From a bacterium (lineage in GTDB: Bacteria; SAR324; NAC60-12): DNA of 64,000 bases. Made by a program: the position numbers and the translations under genes. Under the pieces are notes generated by a model. The model saw nothing but the letters and a program-made list of their open reading frames with translations. It was not told the DNA's origin and did not search any database. This document shows positions 38,709-49,564 of the stretch, piece by piece; within the stretch, counting starts at the first letter, position 1; each line of letters opens with the position of its first letter. Location of the stretch: the NCBI GenBank assembly GCA_965233585.1, contig CBDDTI010000747.1, positions 1-64,000 of the forward strand, given 5' to 3'.

Positions 38709-39593
38709 TTAAAAAATGCTTTCTTCCGATTGTAGAATAGATTGGTCCCGCCACTGCTTCGCCTGCCTAAATCGTTCAATTAGTTTGTTAAAATCTTGAT
38801 TTTTAATGTCTTCTTCAAGACTGTCAATCAGTTGACGGAAGTTTTGCAACACACCTAAAAACTCTGGATTGCTCAAAAAAATGTCTGCCCACATTCTGGG
38901 TTCAGATGAAGCGATTCTTGAGAAATCTCGCAGACCTGCACCAAGCCGTTGTAGGTATTCATCTCCTCCATGAGTACCAATCAGTTCAATAGAGCTGTAT
39001 GCCAATAAATGAGGTAGATGACTGACATATCCAAACAACAAGTCATGCTTCTCAGGCTCCATTCTTTCAATCAATGCTCCAAAGTTCCGCCAAATGTCTT
39101 CAATAAGCAACATGGCGTCGGTGTCTGTTGTGGCATCTGGAGTTAGCACAAATCGTTTTTTCCAAAACAGGTCACGCTTTGCGGCAAGGGGTCCAAATTT
39201 TTCTGCACCAGAAATGGGATGTCCTCCAACAAAGCGAATACTTCTATACTCTTCTTTTTGGAAAAGCTGTAAGATTGGCATTTTGATACTGGAGGTATCT
39301 GTCACAACAACTTGGGGAGAAAGAAAGGGAGCGATTTGGGCAAGCACAGATTCAAGGGAGCGTGGGGGAACAGCTAAGACAACAAGGTCAGCATCAGATA
39401 AATGCTTGTCATATTGCGATTTTGCATCATGGACAATTTTGGCTTGAAGTGCCTGCCTGATGTGTTGTTCTGATGTGTCATAACCAAAGACAAACTTTGC
39501 CAACTGCCGTTCTTTTAACTCAAGGGCAATGGAGCCTCCAATCAACCCTAAGCCGATGATGACAGCATGGTCAATCAGAGGGACTTGGCTCAT
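38709..39593 (-). CDS. tyrA: Prephenate/arogenate dehydrogenase
   Basis: GLGLIGGS, GGHPISGAEK, HD...SHLPHL, DFSRIASS. Confidence 0.93.
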   Translation of the reverse strand: MSQVPLIDHAVIIGLGLIGGSIALELKERQLAKFVFGYDTSEQHIRQALQAKIVHDAKSQYDKHLSDADLVVLAVPPRSLESVLAQIAPFLSPQVVVTDTSSIKMPILQLFQKEEYRSIRFVGGHPISGAEKFGPLAAKRDLFWKKRFVLTPDATTDTDAMLLIEDIWRNFGALIERMEPEKHDLLFGYVSHLPHLLAYSSIELIGTHGGDEYLQRLGAGLRDFSRIASSEPRMWADIFLSNPEFLGVLQNFRQLIDSLEEDIKNQDFNKLIERFRQAKQWRDQSILQSEESIF

Positions 39594-42106
39594 GGTTGTT
39601 CCTCTTTCTCTGGTGCGTGAAAAGTTGTTTTAAAAAACCTTTGTTGCAAGACAAGCAAAGGACTTGCAATGTAAATGGAAGAATACGTCCCAACTAAAAC
39701 ACCGATAAGCAAAGCCGCAGAAAACTGATGCAAGATTTCCCCACCAAAAAAGAACAAAGCTAAAACGACTAAAAGTGTTGTAACGGACGTCAACATGGTT
39801 CTGCCTAGTGTTTCATTGAGACTTTGATTAATCGTTTCCAGCAGTGTTCGGTTCCGATAACGTCCCAAATTTTCACGGATTCGGTCAAAAACGACAATCG
39901 TATCATTGAGAGAATAACCAATCACAGTCAAGACAGAAGCAACAATGGACAAAGAGATTTCAAAATCAAAAAAAGAAAACATTGCCAAAATGAACAGCAC
40001 GTCATGTGAAAGCGTGATGATAGAACTCAAGCCAAAATTCCAATGAAAACGAAAAGAAATGTACACTAAAATCATGGCAAGTGTAATCAAGATGGCATAG
40101 ACTGCGGACTCTTTCAGAGCTTCTCCCACACGGGGTCCAATCATTTCTAACCGTCTGATTTCAAAGTCAGTGTTTGGTAGAATCTCTTGCAACTGTACTG
40201 TAAGGTCAGAAGACCCTACGCTTTTTCCCACTTGAATCAAAGAACTGTCCACAGGCACAGAGATTAAAACTTCACGCCCTCCATCTTCTCCGTATGTTTG
40301 CAGTGAAAAAGATCCTATGTTGCCATCACTCAACTGCTGGCGGAGCTTCTCTAAATCTGGTTGATTAGCAAATTGAATTTGAATGTTGGCACCTCCCCTA
40401 AAATCTACTCCATACTTCAAACCACCTTTGACAATAATAGAGGTCACGCCTGCCAGTAACACAACCACTGAAAAAACCAGTGCTATTTTTTGCTTACTTA
40501 AAAAATCAATGAAAATTTTAGAGGAAATCCACCTGACTCCCAGACTAATTGATTTGATACGTTGCCTTCTCAAATAGACCAGCTCAAACATGAAACGAGT
40601 GACAAAGATTGCTGTAAACATGCTCACAAGAATCCCAGTTGCCAAAGTAACAGCGAACCCTTTGATGGGACCTGACCCAAATTGCATCAACACCAAAGCA
40701 CTAAAAAGAGTGGTCAAGTTGGCATCTAGTATGGCACTAAATGCTTTGGAGAATCCTTCTGTCACTGCTTCTCTTGGGTGGGATTTTTTAGAGAGTTCTT
40801 CGCGTATTCTTTCAAAAATCAAGACGTTTGCGTCAACTGCCATGCCAATAGTCAGGACAATCCCAGCAACGCCGGGCAGTGTTAAAGTGGCTTCCAGCGC
40901 AGACAAGATAGAGAGAATCAGTAAGATGTTCAGACTCAACGACACATTGGCAAAGACCCCGGACAAACGGTAGTAGCCAAACATCATCACGATGACCAGA
41001 CCACCTCCCAACAATAGTGACATCAAACCATCTTGTACAGAGTCTTCTCCAAGACTTGCACCCACAGTCTGCTCTTCTCTAATCTGGATTGGTGCTTTAA
41101 GCGAACCAGAACGCAAAACTAATGCAAGGTCACTAGCTTCTTTGATAGTAAATAGCCCGGAAATTGAGGCTTGCCCTCCTGTGATGGCTTCACGAATGAC
41201 AGGGGAAGAACGAACTTTGTCATCTAGTACGATGGCAAGCCTTCTACCCACGTGACGTTGAGTGAGTTTGGCAAATTTATCAGACCCCGCAGAATTGAAT
41301 TGAATTGAAACATAGGGAGTGTTGTCGTTGTGGTCAAACAGGACTTGTGCATCATTCACAAATTCACCTCCCATTTCTGGAATCCGTTTTAAAACAATAG
41401 GGGTTCTGCCAATGACCCTGCCAGTTTGGGGATTGATTTGCTCTTCATATCTGACAATAGTTGAATTAAGGTTGCGCGAGCTGTCTGTTGTATTCTCACT
41501 CACTAAGTGAAACTTCAGAACGGCTTGCGTACCGATTGCGGCAATGGCACGGCTCCGATCAGTCACTCCCGGTAATTGAATGATGATGCTGTTTTCTCCT
41601 TGCCTCTGAATAGAAGGTTCACTGACACCTAACCCATCAATGCGGTTGCGAAGGACTTCTAAGGTTTGGTCTACTGTTTCAGTACGGAAACGTTCCTCTC
41701 TTTCTGAAGTTAATGCGAACTCAACAACATTGTCATTTTGTGTAGAATCATAGTTTTGCAAAATCCTATCATAAGGAGCCACAGTGAAATCTATTTGCTC
41801 GCTTGCTTCAAGCTCCAAGTAGATTGTATTGGCTTCAATGTCCAAACCAAGATAGCCTGCACCTTGTTGTAAAAGAGCATCTTCCAAGTCATTGGCAGTG
41901 TTTTGCAAAAGATCGTTGAGTGCCTTGTCTAAATCAACGCCAAGGTCAAGATACATGCCTCCCTGAAGGTCTAATCCCAGATTGATTTTTCCAGCAACAG
42001 ATTCAGGTTGGCTTGCTTGAAAATAGGCTTGGTAAGAGGGGAATGCAAAGTAAAGAGCCGTTGCAATAATCAGAGAGATGAATACTCCTTTGAATTGTAA
42101 TTCCAT
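39590..42106 (-). CDS. secDF: Fused protein translocase subunit SecDF
   Basis: LGLDLQGG, GMAVDANVLIFERIREE, GVDFRGG, GYSLNDTIVVFDRIRE in a single ORF. Confidence 0.96.
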   Translation of the reverse strand: MELQFKGVFISLIIATALYFAFPSYQAYFQASQPESVAGKINLGLDLQGGMYLDLGVDLDKALNDLLQNTANDLEDALLQQGAGYLGLDIEANTIYLELEASEQIDFTVAPYDRILQNYDSTQNDNVVEFALTSEREERFRTETVDQTLEVLRNRIDGLGVSEPSIQRQGENSIIIQLPGVTDRSRAIAAIGTQAVLKFHLVSENTTDSSRNLNSTIVRYEEQINPQTGRVIGRTPIVLKRIPEMGGEFVNDAQVLFDHNDNTPYVSIQFNSAGSDKFAKLTQRHVGRRLAIVLDDKVRSSPVIREAITGGQASISGLFTIKEASDLALVLRSGSLKAPIQIREEQTVGASLGEDSVQDGLMSLLLGGGLVIVMMFGYYRLSGVFANVSLSLNILLILSILSALEATLTLPGVAGIVLTIGMAVDANVLIFERIREELSKKSHPREAVTEGFSKAFSAILDANLTTLFSALVLMQFGSGPIKGFAVTLATGILVSMFTAIFVTRFMFELVYLRRQRIKSISLGVRWISSKIFIDFLSKQKIALVFSVVVLLAGVTSIIVKGGLKYGVDFRGGANIQIQFANQPDLEKLRQQLSDGNIGSFSLQTYGEDGGREVLISVPVDSSLIQVGKSVGSSDLTVQLQEILPNTDFEIRRLEMIGPRVGEALKESAVYAILITLAMILVYISFRFHWNFGLSSIITLSHDVLFILAMFSFFDFEISLSIVASVLTVIGYSLNDTIVVFDRIRENLGRYRNRTLLETINQSLNETLGRTMLTSVTTLLVVLALFFFGGEILHQFSAALLIGVLVGTYSSIYIASPLLVLQQRFFKTTFHAPEKEEQP

Positions 42107-42142
42107 AATTGAAAGTGCGAATGCTGGAGATAAGAAAGGAGT

Positions 42143-42493
42143 TTACTTTTTGTCAGATTCAGACTGGTCTTTGGCTTCGTCAACAATGACACGTGCGATT
42201 AAAGCACGTTCTTGCTCTATTTTAATTTTATCTGCAATTTCTAGTGTGATGGAATTTTCATGGAGTTTTTGGATTGTGCCGTAAATTCCTGCAGTGGTGA
42301 CTACACGGTCTCCTTTTTTGAGTCCGTTAATCATGGCTTGGTGCAGTTTTTGCTTCTTCTGCTGTGGGCGAATGAGAAGAAAGTAAAAGATGACAAACAC
42401 CAGCAGGAACGGTGCGATTTGCATCAAGAGGGAAGAGGAAGAAGATGCGGCAGAGGCTGTTTGTGCAAAAACATCAGAAGCGAAAAGATTCAT
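42143..42493 (-). CDS. yajC: Preprotein translocase subunit YajC
   Basis: FYFLLIRPQQKKQK...LKKGDRVVTTAGIYG; upstream of secDF. Confidence 0.96.
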   Translation of the reverse strand: MNLFASDVFAQTASAASSSSSLLMQIAPFLLVFVIFYFLLIRPQQKKQKLHQAMINGLKKGDRVVTTAGIYGTIQKLHENSITLEIADKIKIEQERALIARVIVDEAKDQSESDKK

Positions 42494-42614
42494 AGAGTAT
42501 CCTTAATTGATAGTGGAAAAATAATAAACGAAGAATTAGGTAAACCTGATATAATATCATGTTTTCAAAAACAATATCCATCAGAAAATTGAAAAGTTGA
42601 TGATTTAAGCCTCT

Positions 42615-43754
42615 ATGCCTGAACAATCTGCTACTCCTAAATCCATTGGGCTGAGATGCCCGGTTTGTCAAGCTCAATTCCGTGTCCCTCACGAACGCAC
42701 CAAAAAGTATTCTTCTGCCAAATGTGCCAGATGTGGCTCTACCTTCAAAATTGCTGATGCCCTCAAAAATACAACATTATCCAACGCAGAAAAAGCCTAC
42801 TTAGAAGCCACCACATTTGATAGCCAAAATCTTTTGGGAAGAGATTCTCAAGTCGCTTCTGATTTGTTCATGAATCCTGATGAACTCGCATCATTCCAAA
42901 AAAAACGCAGACCCGCACCAATTCAAGACCCACAAAAACAGCAAGAACCAGAGGCAGAACCTGACCCTTTTCCTCCAAGTACACAACAACAAGAACCAAA
43001 AGAACAAACCGACACAGAAGAAGAGGATTGGTTAGGTTCAAAGACTGATGCTGAGGAAAGTTTAGACATTGATGACCAACCAGAGGCAGAGCCTGACCTG
43101 TTTGAAGAAGAGTGGAATGAACTCTCTGCTGATGGCGATTTAGATGAATTGCCGTCTGTTGCAGAAATTGAGGAGAAGAAAAAGAAGTCATCATTGGTGA
43201 CCAAAGCGTTTCTTGCAGTTTGGGCATTGATGTTTTTTGGAGGGCTTGGCGTCATTGCTTATGCCAGCCTCACGCACCCCATTTGGTTAGAAAATATCTA
43301 TCGCTTTTTTAATCTTTCATTGCACGAAATTTCATTTTCTGATGAAAGTACCCAAACCTATGAGATTCACAACATTCATGGCAGAAGATCTCTTTATGTC
43401 GTAGAAGGTCAGCTTGTGAATCAATTTGACACTGATGAAAAGGTCAGTTGGATTCAGGTTAAAGGGGTTGCACTTGATGAGAATGGAAAAATGCTAGAGA
43501 CGTCTATTGCTTTTGCAGGAAATGTTTTGACCAAAAAAGAACTTGCAGAACAAGAACTCTATCAAATCAAAAAATTCTACAAATACCCTAATGGTCAGGG
43601 TAATACCAACCATGAACTGAAAGAACAGCAAGCTGTGCCTTTTCAGATTGTGTTTTATGATTCAAGTCAAAGACTCAATAATGTGTCTGTCAAAATCATC
43701 AGTTATGTCAAAAACAGCCAAACCGTTTATCCTCAATCTATTAGTGTGAATTAG
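42615..43754 (+). CDS. Zinc-ribbon (MJ0042-type) / DUF3426-like membrane protein
   Basis: CPVCQAQFRV...CARCGSTF, acidic linker, one TM segment, periplasmic domain (LYVVEGQLVN, VPFQIVF). Confidence 0.8.
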   Translation: MPEQSATPKSIGLRCPVCQAQFRVPHERTKKYSSAKCARCGSTFKIADALKNTTLSNAEKAYLEATTFDSQNLLGRDSQVASDLFMNPDELASFQKKRRPAPIQDPQKQQEPEAEPDPFPPSTQQQEPKEQTDTEEEDWLGSKTDAEESLDIDDQPEAEPDLFEEEWNELSADGDLDELPSVAEIEEKKKKSSLVTKAFLAVWALMFFGGLGVIAYASLTHPIWLENIYRFFNLSLHEISFSDESTQTYEIHNIHGRRSLYVVEGQLVNQFDTDEKVSWIQVKGVALDENGKMLETSIAFAGNVLTKKELAEQELYQIKKFYKYPNGQGNTNHELKEQQAVPFQIVFYDSSQRLNNVSVKIISYVKNSQTVYPQSISVN

Positions 43755-43759
43755 GCAAA

Positions 43760-44512
43760 ATGATGCTTTGGGTTGTTGCTTTGTTTTGTGCTTTGGCGTT
43801 CAGTACTCTTGGCTTGTATTGGGCAGAGACCAAGCCTTATGTTCAGAAGCCTTGCCGATTTTGCTCTCATACACGCACATTCAAAGCATACCTTCCTTTT
43901 GTTTCTCATCAATCGTGGCAGTGTTGCCATGAGGCTCAAAGAGAACGTCCAAAATTTGAAGCCTTGCGTCTCTTGTTGATTGTGGGAATACTAGTCCCTT
44001 TGTGGTGGCAAAATTCCTTATGGGCATGGGCAAATGACATCGTTTTTTTTGCGTCACTCATTTTGTTGGCATTTGTAGATTGGCAAGAATATGTGATTGA
44101 AACATGGCTTGTGGTCTTAGTCATTTTGTTTCGCTTAGCATGGCTTGTTGTGTTTCAATTAGATGCGTTAGTAGATTTTGTAGGGGCATGGCTGATTGGT
44201 GCAGGTGGTTTATACTGGCTCTCCTTTTTCTATCAAACCATCAGAGAACGTGTAGGTATTGGAGAAGGAGACCCTGCCATTTTAGGCATGATTGGACTTT
44301 GGGTTGGACTGATTGACTTGCCTTCAACCATTTTTATTGCTTCTTTTTCAGGAGCGGCAGTTGGTTGGGTCATGCTCAGAAGGCAAAAACAGCCTGTTCA
44401 CTCAACACCCATTCCTTTTGTCCCTTTTCTTGTTTTAGGAGGTCTGGCAACCTATGTCTTCCAAAAAATCTATCTGATGCCAATGACTTCCGCATTTCTC
44501 AAAATACTTTGA
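43760..44512 (+). CDS. Prepilin peptidase (A24 family)
   Basis: Catalytic Asp motifs FVDWQEY and GIGEGD; IPFVPFL; N-terminal Cys cluster is divergent. Confidence 0.82.
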   Translation: MMLWVVALFCALAFSTLGLYWAETKPYVQKPCRFCSHTRTFKAYLPFVSHQSWQCCHEAQRERPKFEALRLLLIVGILVPLWWQNSLWAWANDIVFFASLILLAFVDWQEYVIETWLVVLVILFRLAWLVVFQLDALVDFVGAWLIGAGGLYWLSFFYQTIRERVGIGEGDPAILGMIGLWVGLIDLPSTIFIASFSGAAVGWVMLRRQKQPVHSTPIPFVPFLVLGGLATYVFQKIYLMPMTSAFLKIL

Positions 44513-44598
44513 GTGATCTTAAATCAAAACTTTTTTCCCAAAACCGGCACAAGTTGCAAGTGTTTTAAGAAAGAGGCAAGATGCCGTTTTTCAATCTT

Positions 44599-45792
44599 TC
44601 AAGATTCACTTGTTTCATCTTCAGAAAAAGACTTTTGAGCTTTTTGATAGACATATCTGATAGGCATGTGGTGTTGTTTAGCAATTTGACGGCATTGTTC
44701 AAATTCAGGTTGAAAATAGGTGAGATCATCAATTTTTGTGCATTTCCCCTCAATCAGTCCCCATTCTGTTTGCACTTGACAAGTGCTTCGCTTCAGTGCA
44801 TACCTTTGTACAGAATAAAAACGAATGCCAAGTGATGAGGTTTCAGAGAATAAAATATGATGAATCTCATGACGTTTTTGTGGAGTGTATAAGACCTGAA
44901 CCAGTGTGGCAGGTCGGTTTTTTTTCATTTGTGCATGTAAAAAAATCACATCACAAGCTCCTGCTTCCAGCAATCTTTCTTGAGTGTATCCAAGCCATTC
45001 GGGCAGGCTATCGTCAATGTTAATTTCTGCACACTCCAGCCACTCTAGCTTTCCTAAATTCTGCTCAAAATGATGACACAAACTTCCTCTTAAAATATTT
45101 GGCACAGCATCAGGGTTTTTGGTACCCAACCCGATGCCAATGCGAGAAGGCGTCATTTTTTGATTTGCCTGCAATGGTGTTGCAAGTGCTTTCAAAATAG
45201 CTGCACCTGTTGGCGTGACTCTTTCAAACGCTAAGTCATCATAGACAATCTCAAGCCCGCACAAAAGTTCTAAAGTTGCAGGTGCAGGAATGGGCATTGT
45301 GCCATGAGCAGTCTGTACAAATCCCGTGCCAACAGGGATTGCTGACACTGTGATTTGCGAAATATCTAGTTCATCTAATGCGATTGCGACGCCTACAATG
45401 TCAGCAATAGAATCCCATGCACCGACTTCGTGAAAATGGACGTTGTTGATATTGCATTGATGCACTTTGGCTTCTGCTTCTGCCAGTTGTTGGAAGATGG
45501 CTAATGCTAGCTTTAACGCCCTTTTGTTTTGAATGCTACTTTGCAAAAGTTGTGTGATTTGCAAATAATTTTTGGATTCTTGGGGAAGGGTTTGGGGCTG
45601 GATAGAGATTTTAACGCCGCCAATTTGGTGTCTTTTTTCGTAAGTTTTTTGGACAAGAAGTTTGGGAATCTCTTCAATGGATTGGAGTGTTTCTTGAATC
45701 TTGTCTAACGATGCACCCAAATCAACCAAAAGTCCAAGCATCATATCCCCTGAAATTCCGCCTATGGGTTCAAGGTGTAGATTCTTTGCCAT
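44599..45792 (-). CDS. larC: Nickel pincer cofactor biosynthesis protein LarC
   Basis: GISGDM, AEAKVH..VHFHEVGAWDSIADIVG, HGTMPIPAPAT, TPTGAA, MKKNRP, PEFE. Confidence 0.92.
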   Translation of the reverse strand: MAKNLHLEPIGGISGDMMLGLLVDLGASLDKIQETLQSIEEIPKLLVQKTYEKRHQIGGVKISIQPQTLPQESKNYLQITQLLQSSIQNKRALKLALAIFQQLAEAEAKVHQCNINNVHFHEVGAWDSIADIVGVAIALDELDISQITVSAIPVGTGFVQTAHGTMPIPAPATLELLCGLEIVYDDLAFERVTPTGAAILKALATPLQANQKMTPSRIGIGLGTKNPDAVPNILRGSLCHHFEQNLGKLEWLECAEINIDDSLPEWLGYTQERLLEAGACDVIFLHAQMKKNRPATLVQVLYTPQKRHEIHHILFSETSSLGIRFYSVQRYALKRSTCQVQTEWGLIEGKCTKIDDLTYFQPEFEQCRQIAKQHHMPIRYVYQKAQKSFSEDETSES

Positions 45793-45821
45793 GAGTATTT
45801 ATGATGAAAAATGGGCAAAGG

Positions 45822-48488
45822 CTACTTTCCGTGACATTTTTTAAACTTTTTGCCACTACCACAAGGACAAGGGTCATTGCGTTTAATCGTTTGAGACCTT
45901 TGGGCAGGCTTTTGCTTGGGAATTGATGAAGTTTTCTGCTCAAATTCACCTACTTCATCATGGGACATGACCATGTCTTGTGGAGGTTGAGGCTCGTGAG
46001 TTGGAACAGCAGAAAGTTTGACTTTGAAGAAAGTGGTTGTCGTTTCAATATTGATTCGCATGATGAGGTTAGAAAAAAGCTCAAATGCTCGTTTTTTATA
46101 TTCTACGATTGGTTTTTTTTGTGCATAGCCAACCAAACCTGTTTCTTCTCGGACGTGGTCCATGGCTAATAAGTGGTCTTTCCAAAGGGAATCAGCAGTA
46201 GAGATTAAGATATGCCGTTGCAAATCCGTCAATGCGTTAGGAGCTTGTTCTGGTGGTAATTCTTGATTGAACACTTTTGTAAATTCATCAATTTGCTCTT
46301 GATATTCTACCCCTAAATGGTCAAAGAATTTTTGCATCATCTCTTCTTTTGAAATATCTTCTTCATACCATTTTTCGTGATGTAATCGCTTAAAGATTTG
46401 TAAATAGCTTTTTCTAAACCCCGAAATATCCCATTGATCGGCATATTTACCTCCACAGTGCATTTCAAAGTGTTCAACAAAAGTTTCATCAATCGCCTCA
46501 AGTAAAAGTGGCTTGGGGTCTTCTGTCATAAAAGAGCGTCGGCGTTGGTAGATGATAGAACGTTGCCGATTCATCACATCGTCATATTCAAGTAGGTGTT
46601 TGCGGATTCCAAAGTGATGTCCTTCCACTTTCTTCTGTGCATTTTTGATCGCACGAGAGACGTAAGAATGTTCAATCGGCTCATCATCTTCAATTTTTAA
46701 CCTGTCCATCATGCGAGCAATCCACTCACCACCAAAAATGCGGAGCAATCCGTCATCTAGTGCAAGAAAAAACTGTGAAGCGCCAGGGTCTCCTTGACGC
46801 CCCGAACGTCCCCTGAGCTGATTGTCAATACGTCTGCTGTCATGCCTTTCTGTTCCAAGCACAAAGAGTCCCCCAGCCTTGCGTGATGCTTCATCAAGTT
46901 TAATGTCTGTTCCACGACCTGCCATATTAGTTGCAATGGTGACTGACCCTGTTTTTCCTGCATTGGCAATGATTTCTGCCTCTCGTTCGTGGTGCTTGGC
47001 ATTTAACACTTCGTGCGGGACACCGTTTTGGTGCAAGATTTGACTGATTTTTTCTGAGACTTCAATAGACACTGTCCCCACAAGGACAGGTTGTTGTTTT
47101 TCGTGCAGTGTCTTCACCAATTCCCCAATAGCTTTGAATTTGGCATTAGAATTTTTGTAAATCACATCAGAACGGTCAATTCTTGCGATGGGACGGTTGG
47201 TTGGAATGGAGACAACACCAAGGTTATAGATCTTTTGAAACTCCTCTTTTTCGGTCAATGCTGTTCCTGTCATGCCCCCAAGCTTATTGTAAAGCCTGAA
47301 GTAATTTTGAAATGTGACAGATGCAAGGGTTTGGTTTTCTCGCTCAATCGTGACCCCTTCTTTTGCCTCCAAAGCCTGATGCAACCCGTCACTGAAACGT
47401 CTACCGGGCATGAGGCGACCTGTAAATTCGTCAACAATCATCACCTTGTTATCTTGCACCACATAATCAATGTCTTTTTTAAAAATGTGATGTGCTTTCA
47501 GTGCCTGATTGATGTGATGCAAGACCTCAATATTTTCATAGTCAAACAAACTGGTCTGTTCTTTGAGCAATCCTTTAAGATGACTTTCTATTTTGATAGA
47601 CCCCCGCTCTGTCAAAGAAATACTTTTCCCTTTTTCATCAAGTGTGTAGTCTCCTTCGCAAACAACCTCATGTTCTTCAAAGTGATTCCAATCTTCAACA
47701 ATGTCATAGTCTTCAGGATTAGGAAGCCTTGCTAACTCCTCCTTACGCAACTCACGAAACAACTTGATACGTCTGATGACTTGATTGATTGTGTGATATT
47801 TTTCAACGTTGTCATCAGTTGGACCACTGATAATCAAAGGAGTCCTAGCCTCGTCAATAAGAATACTGTCCACTTCGTCAATGACAGCAAAGTTGTACCC
47901 ACGTTGGACGCATTCTTCTAGGCTAAACTTCATATTGTCCCGTAAGTAGTCAAAGCCAAATTCGTTGTTTGTGCCATAAGTGATGTCTTGTGCATAAGCA
48001 AAATGCCTCTCGTCATCTCTCATGTCATGCTGGATTAAACCAACACTTAAACCAAGAAACTGATAGATTTGTCCCATCCACTGGCTATCACGTTTGGCAA
48101 GGTAATCGTTTGGAGTCACGACGTGAACTCCCTGACCAGATAAAGCATTTAGATACACGGGACAGGTGGAAGAAAGTGTTTTCCCTTCACCTGTTTGCAT
48201 CTCTGCAATGTTGCCATCATTCAAAGCCATTCCTCCGATTAGCTGGACATCGTAATGTCTTTCACCAATAACACGATCAGCAGCTTCCCGAACCAGTGCA
48301 AAGGCTTCACTTAAAATGTCTTGCAGTGATTCACCATTTTTTAAACGGTTGCGAAAGTCTTCTGTTTTTTTAGGAAATTCGTCATCTTGTAACTGTTTCA
48401 TATCGTCAGCAAGAGCATTAATTTTGACAACAGAATTGCGGTATTGACGCAAATTTCTTTCGTTGGAGCTAAAATATTTGAAAACCAT
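45822..48488 (-). CDS. secA: Preprotein translocase ATPase SecA
   Basis: MQTGEGKT, DEVDSILIDEARTPLIIS, ATNMAGRGTDI, SEC-C motif CPCGSGKKFKKCH. Confidence 0.98.
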   Translation of the reverse strand: MVFKYFSSNERNLRQYRNSVVKINALADDMKQLQDDEFPKKTEDFRNRLKNGESLQDILSEAFALVREAADRVIGERHYDVQLIGGMALNDGNIAEMQTGEGKTLSSTCPVYLNALSGQGVHVVTPNDYLAKRDSQWMGQIYQFLGLSVGLIQHDMRDDERHFAYAQDITYGTNNEFGFDYLRDNMKFSLEECVQRGYNFAVIDEVDSILIDEARTPLIISGPTDDNVEKYHTINQVIRRIKLFRELRKEELARLPNPEDYDIVEDWNHFEEHEVVCEGDYTLDEKGKSISLTERGSIKIESHLKGLLKEQTSLFDYENIEVLHHINQALKAHHIFKKDIDYVVQDNKVMIVDEFTGRLMPGRRFSDGLHQALEAKEGVTIERENQTLASVTFQNYFRLYNKLGGMTGTALTEKEEFQKIYNLGVVSIPTNRPIARIDRSDVIYKNSNAKFKAIGELVKTLHEKQQPVLVGTVSIEVSEKISQILHQNGVPHEVLNAKHHEREAEIIANAGKTGSVTIATNMAGRGTDIKLDEASRKAGGLFVLGTERHDSRRIDNQLRGRSGRQGDPGASQFFLALDDGLLRIFGGEWIARMMDRLKIEDDEPIEHSYVSRAIKNAQKKVEGHHFGIRKHLLEYDDVMNRQRSIIYQRRRSFMTEDPKPLLLEAIDETFVEHFEMHCGGKYADQWDISGFRKSYLQIFKRLHHEKWYEEDISKEEMMQKFFDHLGVEYQEQIDEFTKVFNQELPPEQAPNALTDLQRHILISTADSLWKDHLLAMDHVREETGLVGYAQKKPIVEYKKRAFELFSNLIMRINIETTTTFFKVKLSAVPTHEPQPPQDMVMSHDEVGEFEQKTSSIPKQKPAQRSQTIKRNDPCPCGSGKKFKKCHGK

Positions 48489-48640
48489 GAAAAACCTTTA
48501 ATTTTGAATTTGGATTAGAAAGCCAGTCAATTTTAATTGCGGACTGTTGAGGGTAAACAAAGAAGTTTGCAAAATGAAGACAAAACCTTTAATCTTATCT
48601 TTCATGGGTTAGAAAGACAAGCCACTTGATAAAAAATTCA

Positions 48641-49564
48641 ATGATTTTCATCAGACTTCTTCCTGCTTTATTATTTGTTTTTGGGGGTCTTTCTGTTTAT
48701 GACCAAGAATGGAGTCTATGGCTTCATCAAAGGGATTTTCGTCCCTTTTCTCAATGGTTTGACCAATCGCTGTTAAGTGGTCAAAACTTCGGAGGTGCTG
48801 ATTTACCAGTCTTTTTGGCAGTGTTCTCTGCGTTGCTTTATGCTTTAAGTTTGTTTGAACCTTTTGGCAAATTTCGTTCGCATTCATGGACTGCTTACCT
48901 GCCTGCCTTGCTGGTTTTAACAGCAGTGACAACACATGCCCTGAAAATTTCCATAGGGCGTGCAAGACCTTACGACGTTTGGTCTGGAAAAGAGGAGTAT
49001 AGTGAATGGTTTCAATTTGGGTCGCATTGGATTGGAGAAGGAATCTTTTCAGGCAGTTTTACGAGTGGTCATACAGCTGCAACTATCACTTTTTTAGGAA
49101 TGGGGTGTTACCTTTATAACCATGAATACGTGAGAAAGCGGTTGTTCTATCATTTGGGTGCATTACTTTTTGTGATTTTGGCATTTAGTTATATGGTTGC
49201 CATGGGCATTTCCAGAAGCATGCTTGCCTATCATTGGATCACTGACACTTCTGGGTCTATTCTCATTGGCATAGCTTGGAGTTACCTGCTGTACTTCCAC
49301 ATCTTCAGAATCCATGAGCAACGTCTTTTTTATCAGAAGTATAAAAGAACAGCTGTTTTGTCCAGAATCTGGGAGGTTTTTTCGGTAGGCTATTTGGTGG
49401 GCATCATCTTCTGCTTTGCCGTGCTTGTCATTTCAATTCGTGCAATCTGGACGCAAGACCCGCTTTTGAGTTTGTTGGCTGTTCCTGCATCCGCACTTTC
49501 TTGGTGGTTAGGAAGAAAATTGAAACTTTTGAACGAACAAGTGCAATATGAATTGAATGCTTAA
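48641..49564 (+). CDS. PAP2-family membrane phosphatase
   Basis: LKISIGRARP, SFTSGH, SRSMLAYHWITD motifs. Confidence 0.88.
   Translation: MIFIRLLPALLFVFGGLSVYDQEWSLWLHQRDFRPFSQWFDQSLLSGQNFGGADLPVFLAVFSALLYALSLFEPFGKFRSHSWTAYLPALLVLTAVTTHALKISIGRARPYDVWSGKEEYSEWFQFGSHWIGEGIFSGSFTSGHTAATITFLGMGCYLYNHEYVRKRLFYHLGALLFVILAFSYMVAMGISRSMLAYHWITDTSGSILIGIAWSYLLYFHIFRIHEQRLFYQKYKRTAVLSRIWEVFSVGYLVGIIFCFAVLVISIRAIWTQDPLLSLLAVPASALSWWLGRKLKLLNEQVQYELNA

Noticed and set aside
47091..47735. 214-aa + strand ORF (and 30071-30451 on the - strand)
   Set aside because: Antisense shadows of secA and gyrA.
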